Below, in pieces: positions 9,421-16,552 of a stretch of 24,000 nucleotides of DNA. The stretch is from Bacteroidales bacterium (GTDB taxonomy: Bacteria > Bacteroidota > Bacteroidia > Bacteroidales > B18-G4): contig JAIOSQ010000088.1 in the NCBI GenBank assembly GCA_021107535.1, forward strand, positions 11,530 through 35,529, read 5' to 3'. The notes under the pieces are model-generated. The model worked only from the letters and a program-made list of their open reading frames with translations, made no database searches and was not told where the DNA came from. A program made the position numbers and the translations under genes. Each line of letters opens with the position of its first letter. The first letter of the stretch is position 1.

Positions 9421-10374
9421 CTATTGATTTCCGGCAAGAAAATCGTTTATATTCTTTTCTACCCGGTCCAGCACATTTGATACATCCGCTTTCACGAATT
9501 TATCACCGGTGATGTTTTCATAAAGTTCGATATATCTTTCAGAAACTGTGTTGACAAACTCATCAGACATAAAAGGAATTTCCTGTCCTTCCTGCCCCAT
9601 AAACCCCTGTCCCATGAGCCATTCACGAACAAATTCCTTGCTAAGCTGTTTTTGTTGCTCATCATTTTCCTGCCGTTCTTCGTAACCTTCACGGTAAAAA
9701 TAACGTGAGGAATCCGGTGTGTGTATCTCATCGATGAGGTAGATCTGATCGCCCACCTTTCCGAATTCATATTTGGTGTCAACCAGGATCAATCCCATTT
9801 CAGCTGCAATTTCAGAACCTCTTTGAAAGAGTTCGCGCGTGTATTTGTCCAGAAGAATATAATCTTCTTCGGAAACAAGCTCCTGGCGAATGATCTCTTC
9901 GGCAGAAATATCTTCATCATGAGCACCTTCCTGGGCTTTGGTGGTTGGTGTTACTATGGGTTCCGGAAAAGCCTGGTGTTCTTTCATCCCGTCAGGTATA
10001 GGTACGCCACAAATCTCGCGTGCTCCTTTTTTATATGTTCGCCATGAACTTCCGGTAAGATATCCGCGGATGATCATCTCCACCGGGAAAGGATTGCAAA
10101 AACGGCCCACCGTCACCATAGGGTCGGGAACAGCAATTTTCCAGTTGGGTACGATGTCAGCGGTGGCATCAAGGAATTTTGCGGCAATCTGGTTCAAAAC
10201 CTGTCCTTTATAAGGTATTCCCTTAGGGAGAACCACATCAAAAGCTGAGATCCGGTCACTTACTACCATCACCATCAGCTCGTCACCTATATTATAAACA
10301 TCGCGTACTTTTCCCTTATACAGGCTCTTTTGCCCGGGGAAACTGAATTCTGTTTTCGTTATGGTGTTGTTCAT
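9421..10374 (-). CDS. purC: Phosphoribosylaminoimidazole-succinocarboxamide (SAICAR) synthase
   Basis: 317 aa with [16 protein letters not shown] and [11 protein letters not shown] motifs; the long-form PurC. Confidence 0.9.
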   Translation of the reverse strand: MNNTITKTEFSFPGQKSLYKGKVRDVYNIGDELMVMVVSDRISAFDVVLPKGIPYKGQVLNQIAAKFLDATADIVPNWKIAVPDPMVTVGRFCNPFPVEMIIRGYLTGSSWRTYKKGAREICGVPIPDGMKEHQAFPEPIVTPTTKAQEGAHDEDISAEEIIRQELVSEEDYILLDKYTRELFQRGSEIAAEMGLILVDTKYEFGKVGDQIYLIDEIHTPDSSRYFYREGYEERQENDEQQKQLSKEFVREWLMGQGFMGQEGQEIPFMSDEFVNTVSERYIELYENITGDKFVKADVSNVLDRVEKNINDFLAGNQ

Positions 10375-10395
10375 TCTTTTGGTCTTATTGGTTTA

Positions 10396-10403
10396 CAAAA
10401 GTA
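10396..10403 (-). promoter_or_regulatory. Candidate -7 box (TACTTTTG) for purC
   Basis: Exact TAnnTTTG match on the minus strand, 22 nt upstream of the purC ATG (10374). Confidence 0.35.
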
Positions 10404-10415
10404 GAGATAATTCAG

Positions 10416-10423
10416 TAATTTTG
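10416..10423 (+). promoter_or_regulatory. Candidate -7 box (TAATTTTG) for the acyl-CoA ligase gene
   Basis: Exact TAnnTTTG match on the + strand, 44 nt upstream of the ATG at 10468. Confidence 0.35.
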
Positions 10424-10467
10424 CCGTTCTTAGTTGAGGATATTTTCATCTGATAATAGATCATTAT

Positions 10468-12261
10468 ATGATAAAACAACATATTTCCCATATGCTTGCA
10501 GAGCGGGCCGGACAATATCAATCCCGCGAAGTTTTCCGGTATTTTGATAAAAGCACACAAAAAATTCTTTCCACGAGCTGGGACGAAATGATCGGATTAA
10601 CCAAAGAAGTCTCAAGTTCAATAAAGTCCCTGGGATATGGGTATGACGATAAAATAGGCATTTTCAGTGGCAACAGGCCAGAGTGGTCTATTGCCGATTT
10701 TGGTATACTGGCTGTTCGTGGAGTGGTAGTTCCGTTTTATGCAACAGCATCCAAACATGAAATAAAGTATATCGTTGATGAAACTGAGATGAGGGTGCTG
10801 TTCGTGGGCAATAATGAGCAACTTGAAAAGGCATTGTGGGTGCTTGACCACTGTGAAACACTGGACAGGCTCGTGATATTTGAACCCGGTGGGATATTGA
10901 AAGATGAGCGGTGCATGCTGTGGAAGGATTTTCTCAAATTAGGCTCGGATAAAAAATATGCTGTTATGGCAGATGAGGCCCTGGCAGAGGCTGAAGAAGA
11001 TGACCTGGCCACAATCATATATACATCAGGAACTACCGGTGAACCAAAAGGCGTAATGCTGGGCCACAATCATTTTATGTTCGCCTTCGGCATTCACGAT
11101 AAGCGAATCCCAATGGAAGACAAAGATGTTTCTATGTGTTTTCTGCCATTGAGCCATGTATTTGAGCGTACCTGGACTTTCTATGTCCTGTATAAGGGCG
11201 CAGTCAATCATTATCTGGAGAATCCGCGTGAGGTGATTGAGATGATGCCGAAAGTCAGGCCCACGACGATCTGTGTCGTTCCCAGGTTTTTTGAAAAAAC
11301 CCATGAAGGAATTATGCTTGAATATTCAAAATGGCCGGGTTTTAAAAAGAAATTATTCGACTGGTCGCTTAAGATCGGCTACCGGCTATCGGACTACCGC
11401 AGTAAGAACCAGAAAGTTCCGGCCTTATTAAGGAAAAAATATACGCTTGCTGATAAACTTGTTTTGGGGAAACTCAGAAATATCTTTGGCGGTAATATTA
11501 AATTCATGCCTGTATCAGGTGCAGCCATCAGGCCTGACCTTCTCAGATTTTTTCATGCTACCGGTCTCTTCGTGAATTATGGATATGGGGCAACAGAAAC
11601 CACCGCAACCGTATCATGTTTTAAATCAGATACTTATGATTTTAATGCATGTGGAACTATCATGCCCGATGTGGAGGTGAAATTCAGTGAAGAAGGGGAG
11701 ATCATGGTAAAAGGGGGAACAGTGTTCAGTGCTTATTACAAAAAACCTGAAGAAACACTTGCTTCTCTGCAGGATGGGTTTTATATGACAGGAGACAAAG
11801 GGTATTTTACAGATAATGGCGATCTTGTGATGACTGACAGGATCAAGGATCTTATGAAAACTTCTTTAGGGAAATATGTCTCCCCGCAGAAACTCGAACT
11901 TCTTTTAGGCAATGACAGGTACATCGAACAGGTGGTCGTTGTGGGTGATAACAAGAAATTTGTTTCAGCCCTGATCGTTCCCTCCTATGAAAACCTGCAC
12001 GAAAAGGCAAAAGAATTTGGATTGTCGTCTATGACGGATAAGGAGTTGGTGCAAAACGAAGTGATCCTTGGTTTCATGCAAAAACGTATTGATCTTCTCC
12101 AGGAAGAACTGGGCCAACATGAAAAGATTATAAAATTTCATCTGTTGCCTGAAGCTTTCAGTATTGAAAAAAATACCATGACCAGTACATTAAAGTTACG
12201 CAGGAAGATCATCGCGGAGCAATACTATGATCAGATCGAGGCAATGTACTTACCTTCTTAA
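10468..12261 (+). CDS. Long-chain fatty acid--CoA ligase (AMP-forming acyl-CoA synthetase)
   Basis: 597 aa with the AMP-binding signature YTSGTTGEPKGV, plus GYGATET, YMTGDKG and a C-terminal TLKLRRK. Confidence 0.85.
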   Translation: MIKQHISHMLAERAGQYQSREVFRYFDKSTQKILSTSWDEMIGLTKEVSSSIKSLGYGYDDKIGIFSGNRPEWSIADFGILAVRGVVVPFYATASKHEIKYIVDETEMRVLFVGNNEQLEKALWVLDHCETLDRLVIFEPGGILKDERCMLWKDFLKLGSDKKYAVMADEALAEAEEDDLATIIYTSGTTGEPKGVMLGHNHFMFAFGIHDKRIPMEDKDVSMCFLPLSHVFERTWTFYVLYKGAVNHYLENPREVIEMMPKVRPTTICVVPRFFEKTHEGIMLEYSKWPGFKKKLFDWSLKIGYRLSDYRSKNQKVPALLRKKYTLADKLVLGKLRNIFGGNIKFMPVSGAAIRPDLLRFFHATGLFVNYGYGATETTATVSCFKSDTYDFNACGTIMPDVEVKFSEEGEIMVKGGTVFSAYYKKPEETLASLQDGFYMTGDKGYFTDNGDLVMTDRIKDLMKTSLGKYVSPQKLELLLGNDRYIEQVVVVGDNKKFVSALIVPSYENLHEKAKEFGLSSMTDKELVQNEVILGFMQKRIDLLQEELGQHEKIIKFHLLPEAFSIEKNTMTSTLKLRRKIIAEQYYDQIEAMYLPS

Positions 12262-13128
12262 CTTCCATCGTTTATGCGACCACAACCAGTTTTCAGGCTT
12301 GTTGAGTATTACGGATTCAAGTTTTGCAGCATAGCGCCGGGTAATCTCCCCCTCCTGAAGATCCTGCGGATTGTCAGCGAGTAATGAAAGTTCAATTTCA
12401 TAAAAGCCACGTTTTACTCTTTGGATATCCACATACATGACAGGATAATTATTATTTCTTGCATGTTTTTCAGGTCCGTGAAGAAAGGCAGTGTCAATGC
12501 CGAGAAAGTTGATCCAGTATGCCCTGGAAACATTTGAAGGACTCTGATCCGCAGCGAGCATATATATTGCCGGAATTTGACGGTTTTCTTCAAAAGTTTT
12601 TGTTGTTTCTGTGATGGGAGCCAGGGTGGTTCCAAACCTGGCCCGGCTTTTTAGCAGAAACTTATTTAAATACGGATTACTAAGTGGTTTATATATGGCA
12701 AATGTTTTGTGATCAACCTGGAGGTTGGCAGAAAGACTGCCCCATTCCCAATTGCCATAATGGCCGGTCACGGCAATGAAGCTTTTCCCTGCTTCATAAT
12801 AAGGCTTCACGATTTCAGGGTTCAGGATTTTATGACGGCGAAGAATCTGTTTACGGCTCATGGTAAATGATCGGAACCCCTCCACAATTATGTCGGAAAG
12901 GTTCATATATACAGGCTTCAGCAGTTGAGCCAGTTCTTTCTTATCCTTTTTTGGAAATGCCAGGTGAAGATTATCCAGAACAACTTTTTTCCTGTATGAA
13001 AAAACATGAAACAGGAATACATAAATCAGCCAGGAAAATACATACATCAGGCGGTACGGAAGGATGCCTATAAACCATACCAGGAGATAAAAGAAGAAAG
13101 CGGAGATACTTTTCATGCCTGTCAGCAA
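12250..13128 (-). CDS. Lysophospholipid/lipid A acyltransferase family protein (LpxL/HtrB-like)
   Basis: 292 aa. N-terminal membrane anchor, HYGNWE (Hx4D/E catalytic motif), and a C-terminal ENWLWSHKRWK typical of late lipid A acyltransferases. Confidence 0.75.
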   Translation of the reverse strand: MLTGMKSISAFFFYLLVWFIGILPYRLMYVFSWLIYVFLFHVFSYRKKVVLDNLHLAFPKKDKKELAQLLKPVYMNLSDIIVEGFRSFTMSRKQILRRHKILNPEIVKPYYEAGKSFIAVTGHYGNWEWGSLSANLQVDHKTFAIYKPLSNPYLNKFLLKSRARFGTTLAPITETTKTFEENRQIPAIYMLAADQSPSNVSRAYWINFLGIDTAFLHGPEKHARNNNYPVMYVDIQRVKRGFYEIELSLLADNPQDLQEGEITRRYAAKLESVILNKPENWLWSHKRWKLRR

Positions 13129-13174
13129 TACTATTTACTGACAATAATAGTCTTTTTTCATGAAAAGGAAATGA

Positions 13175-13594
13175 CTAATCCTGAAGTCCCAGTTCCTGTG
13201 TCTTTTTATCTATTTTATCTGCAATCGCTTCAAACCTTTTCTGATACTCCTCCTTTTGTGCGCAGGCAATATAGTTGGTCCATTCTGAGGCCCAGGTAGC
13301 AGCTGACTGGGAAAGCTCAGCATATTCCTCACCAATTTCTAAATTTGTGGGATCCTTGACATAAGCTTCCAGAATTTCCAGATAATCATCTGTCCATTTT
13401 TCATAATTATCAAGGAATTCATCACAGGTTTTCGCAACATCTGATTGTTCGGTACTCACAGCTTCATCGCTGCTTTCTTCCGTTTGTTCAGTATTCACAG
13501 CTTCGTCGCTGCTTTCTTCCGTTTGTTCAGCGCTTCCCCCACATGAGAACATGGTGAAACTCAGTACCACAAAGGCATAAAATAATTTTTTCAT
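13175..13594 (-). CDS. Small acidic lipoprotein of unknown function with a tandemly duplicated 13-aa acidic linker
   Basis: Signal peptide MKKLFYAFVVLSFTMFSC with a lipobox-like Cys, then EQTEESSDEAVNT / EQTEESSDEAVST / EQSD, then a helical C-terminal domain with two Cys residues. Confidence 0.6.
   Translation of the reverse strand: MKKLFYAFVVLSFTMFSCGGSAEQTEESSDEAVNTEQTEESSDEAVSTEQSDVAKTCDEFLDNYEKWTDDYLEILEAYVKDPTNLEIGEEYAELSQSAATWASEWTNYIACAQKEEYQKRFEAIADKIDKKTQELGLQD
13451..13529. repeat. Intragenic 39-bp tandem duplication (2 copies with about 3 mismatches, plus a partial third copy) encoding the acidic linker of the lipoprotein
   Basis: The sequence cacagcttcRtcgctgctttcttccgtttgttca appears twice in tandem on the + strand. 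Confidence 0.85.
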
Positions 13595-13626
13595 AAGGCT
13601 TAAAAATTTGAATTAATCAGGGTTTA

Positions 13627-13634
13627 TAAATTTG
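13627..13634 (+). promoter_or_regulatory. Orphan -7 box-like motif (TAAATTTG) pointing into the repeat array and antisense to phoH
   Basis: Exact TAnnTTTG match on the + strand. No credible + strand CDS lies downstream. Confidence 0.15.
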
Positions 13635-13677
13635 GTTTGTGATGCAATAAAGATACGACTTTTTTTGCAGGAATCAA

Positions 13678-13798
13678 GGTTGCTGGTTACTGGTTACTGG
13701 TTGCTGGTTGCTGGTTACTTGCACCTTGTTCGTTGTTCGTTAATCGTTAATCAGTTAATCGTTAATCAGTTAATCGTTAATCAGTTAATCGTTAATCC
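13678..13798. repeat. Compound short-tandem-repeat array: (GGTTRCT)x6, TGCACC, (TTGTTCG)x2, (TTAATCGTTAATCAG)x3.9
   Basis: Read directly from the sequence; block coordinates are 13678-13719, 13726-13739 and 13740-13798. The last unit contains the phoH stop codon. Confidence 0.95.
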
Positions 13799-14748
13799 TT
13801 ACCCTTTCCATAAGCCGCAATAATTTTGCCAACAAGCTTATGACGTATAATATCTTTTTCGTCAAGGTAAATAAAATCAATACCCCTGGTTTTACTCAGT
13901 ATCCGGGCCGCGTGTATCAGGCCGGACTCCTGTTTTGGTGGTAAGTCGATCTGAGTGATATCCCCTGTTACTAAAAATTTTGCCGAACGTCCCATCCGTG
14001 TCAGGAACATTTTGATTTGGTTGGGCGTAGCATTCTGTGCTTCATCGAGGATGGCAAAAACATGGTCGAGGGTGCGGCCGCGCATGAAGGCCAATGGAGC
14101 CACTTCAATGGTGCCATCCTCAAGGTAAGATAATAGTTTTTGTGTTGGCAGCATATCCCTGAGGGCATCATAAAGCGGTTGCAGATAAGGATCCAGTTTG
14201 TCTTTCAGGTCTCCGGGCAGAAAGCCGAGGTTTTCACCTGCCTCAACTGCCGGCCTGGTAAGAATGATCCGCTTGACTTCTTTATTTTTTAAGGCCCTTA
14301 CCGCAAGTGCTACCGCAGTATAGGTTTTTCCTGTTCCGGCGGGGCCGATGGCAAAAATAAGATCGTGCTCTTCGCTGCTCTTAACCATTCTGCGCTGGTT
14401 GATAGTCCTGGCTTTAACCAGCAGACCGTCGCGGCCAAAAACCAGTACATCATTGTTTTTATCTTCCTTTGCCTGCTCAATGACATCATTGTTGTCTTCT
14501 GCTCCCATGATCTGCATCACATCATTTTCCGTGATCCTCCCAAAACGCTCGTAAGAAGCCAGCAGAAGTGAAAACCGGTGATCAAATTCTTCAATGTCCT
14601 TATCGGGGCCTGCCACTTTAAGGGTATCCCCCCGGGCGATCACTTTTAACTGGGGAAACATTTTTTTAATGAGGTTCAGGTTGCAGTCGTTGATCCCGTA
14701 TATTTCCAGGAGGCTGTATGCTTCTAAGAAAATGATCTTTTCGCTCAT
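13792..14748 (-). CDS. phoH: PhoH-family ATPase (phosphate starvation-inducible protein PhoH-like)
   Basis: 318 aa. Walker A GPAGTGKT, Walker B ILDEAQN, and TGDITQIDLP, all typical of PhoH. Confidence 0.9.
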   Translation of the reverse strand: MSEKIIFLEAYSLLEIYGINDCNLNLIKKMFPQLKVIARGDTLKVAGPDKDIEEFDHRFSLLLASYERFGRITENDVMQIMGAEDNNDVIEQAKEDKNNDVLVFGRDGLLVKARTINQRRMVKSSEEHDLIFAIGPAGTGKTYTAVALAVRALKNKEVKRIILTRPAVEAGENLGFLPGDLKDKLDPYLQPLYDALRDMLPTQKLLSYLEDGTIEVAPLAFMRGRTLDHVFAILDEAQNATPNQIKMFLTRMGRSAKFLVTGDITQIDLPPKQESGLIHAARILSKTRGIDFIYLDEKDIIRHKLVGKIIAAYGKGKD

Positions 14749-14797
14749 ATACGCTGTAGTATTTAAATTATGATGGCCGCTCAGGACTTAATTTTAT

Positions 14798-14805
14798 CAA
14801 AATTA
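14798..14805 (-). promoter_or_regulatory. Candidate -7 box (TAATTTTG) for phoH
   Basis: Exact TAnnTTTG match on the minus strand, 49 nt upstream of the phoH ATG (14748). Confidence 0.35.
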
Positions 14806-14836
14806 TTAAAAAAACAATTATTGTATCCGAAATTAT

Positions 14837-14844
14837 TACTTTTG
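14837..14844 (+). promoter_or_regulatory. Candidate -7 box (TACTTTTG) for the SAM hydrolase gene
   Basis: Exact TAnnTTTG match on the + strand, 49 nt upstream of the ATG at 14894. Confidence 0.35.
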
Positions 14845-14893
14845 ATAGCGGTTTTAAAGGGATAATAACATTAAAGCCATAACATTCAGCAAT

Positions 14894-15670
14894 ATGCCGG
14901 TAATAACACTGACCAGTGACTGGGGAACAAAAGATCATTATCTTGCTTCGGTAAAGGGCATGATACTGAAACAGATGCCGGATGCACACATCATCGATAT
15001 TTCTCATCATATCCCTCCCCATAATCTTACCCAGGCTGCCTTTGTAATAAAGAACTCCTACAAGGATTTCCCCCCGGGAACCATACATATTATCGGGATC
15101 AGCACCGAGGAATCGGAGGCAATGCCACATACTGCAGTCCTGGCAGAAGGACAATTTTTTATTGGATGCGATAACGGTATCTTTTCGCTCATCTTTGATG
15201 AACCTCCCGAGAAGATTGTTGAGATTGACGTGATCCAGGATTCGGAATTTTTTACTTTTTCTTCGCGCGACCGCTTTGTCAGGGCCGCCGTGATGCTGGC
15301 AAAAGGAGACGACATATCTAAATTGGGCAATCCCCGGGATAAATTGAGTGAAAAGATCATGTTTGCACCTGTTGTGGAGAAAGATGTGATCAAGGGGATC
15401 GCTATCTATGTTGATAATTACGAGAATGTGATCACCAATATAAGTAGGGAAAAGTTCCGGGAAGTAGGGAAAAACAGGAAATTCAGCATCATCATCAGGG
15501 GAGAGGAGATCAAGAAGATCTACGATTCATATTCTGATGTTCCGGTGGGCGAGATCCTTGCCCTTTTCGGTTGCCATGGCTTCATGGAAATTGCCATGAA
15601 TAACGGCACTGCCAGCAGTCTGCTGGGCTTAGGTGCCGATGATCCGGTAAGGGTGGAGTTTTATGATTAA
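14894..15670 (+). CDS. S-adenosyl-L-methionine hydroxide adenosyltransferase family protein (DUF62 / SAM-dependent chlorinase-fluorinase fold)
   Basis: 258 aa. The N-terminus ITLTSDWGTKDHYLASVKGMI is the family hallmark (LTDFG..D.Y...KG). Length and C-terminal beta-barrel-like region fit. Confidence 0.8.
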   Translation: MPVITLTSDWGTKDHYLASVKGMILKQMPDAHIIDISHHIPPHNLTQAAFVIKNSYKDFPPGTIHIIGISTEESEAMPHTAVLAEGQFFIGCDNGIFSLIFDEPPEKIVEIDVIQDSEFFTFSSRDRFVRAAVMLAKGDDISKLGNPRDKLSEKIMFAPVVEKDVIKGIAIYVDNYENVITNISREKFREVGKNRKFSIIIRGEEIKKIYDSYSDVPVGEILALFGCHGFMEIAMNNGTASSLLGLGADDPVRVEFYD

Positions 15671-15789
15671 GTTATTATAATACTAAATAATACCACAATA
15701 CGTTTCCATTAAAATCATTATTTTAGCGCCTTGCTTCAGGATGCAGACCTATTGCACCTGCAAGCTTCATGGATTAAGTATACTATAGA

Positions 15790-16521
15790 ATGTTTGTACT
15801 GCTACGCAAGGAAATCGAAGGCTTTTTAAGCTCACTCATCGCCTATATCGTGATCGTGGTATTCTTAGTTGTGGTGAGCTTCTTCCTCTGGGTGATACGT
15901 TTCGGGAATAACATCATTGCCAACGGCTATGCCGGCATCGATGGCCTCTTTACGATCGCACCCATGGTTTTCCTGTTCCTGATCCCGGCCATCACTATGC
16001 GGATGTTCGCTGAAGAAAAAAAAGGAGGCACCATCGAACTCCTCCTGACACAACCCCTGTCGGATATGCAGATCATCCTGGCCAAGTATTTTGCCGGGCT
16101 CATCCTGGTGGTCTTTGCACTGCTTCCTACTCTGGTGTATTATTATTCAGTATACCAACTTGGCATGCCTCCCGGAAACATTGATGCCGGTGCCATGTGG
16201 GGTTCCTACATCGGCCTGCTCTTCCTTGGTGCAAGCTTTGTTGCCATAGGATTGTTTGCATCTTCTATTACGGATAACCAGATCGTTTCCTTCATCCTGG
16301 CAGCCTTGCTGTCGGCATTTTTTTATATAGGCTTTGAATTTATCTGGCCACTGGAAATTTTCGGAAATGTGGGACTCTTCATCGAATCCCTGGGCATCTT
16401 TTCCCATTACGAGTCCATCAGCAGAGGGGTGATCGATAGCAGGGATCTTGTATATTTTGTCAGTGTCATCGCATTGTTCCTGATGCTGACAAGGTTTACA
16501 CTGGCGAGCAGGAAATGGTAA
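15790..16521 (+). CDS. gldF: Gliding-motility-associated ABC transporter permease GldF (ABC-2 type)
   Basis: 243 aa with 6 hydrophobic segments and N-terminus LLRKEIEGFLSSLIAYIVIVVFL, immediately followed by a GldG-type gene. Confidence 0.8.
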   Translation: MFVLLRKEIEGFLSSLIAYIVIVVFLVVVSFFLWVIRFGNNIIANGYAGIDGLFTIAPMVFLFLIPAITMRMFAEEKKGGTIELLLTQPLSDMQIILAKYFAGLILVVFALLPTLVYYYSVYQLGMPPGNIDAGAMWGSYIGLLFLGASFVAIGLFASSITDNQIVSFILAALLSAFFYIGFEFIWPLEIFGNVGLFIESLGIFSHYESISRGVIDSRDLVYFVSVIALFLMLTRFTLASRKW

Positions 16522-16552
16522 ATAATTAGAACAACAGCAAGATATTAACACA

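Noticed and set aside
13678-13798. Possible CRISPR array, for both repeat regions
   Set aside because: The repeat periods are 6-15 nt with no unique spacers, whereas CRISPR needs repeats of about 24-48 nt alternating with spacers of similar length. No cas genes are present in the window.
13632-13823. 63-aa + strand ORF ...LLVTGYWLLVAGY...LIVNQLIVNQLIVNQLIVN
   Set aside because: It is just the tandem repeat array read in one frame. It begins with a TTG that overlaps the candidate -7 box and runs into the phoH 3' end. There is no reason to think it is translated.
16016-16023. A8 homopolymers in gldF (16016-16023) and at the gldG 5' end (16562-16569) as phase-variation switches
   Set aside because: Runs of 7-8 A encoding Lys-Lys occur in several genes here (for example 2628-2634 and 5090-5096). 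They are short for slipped-strand switching, and both genes are intact and in frame.
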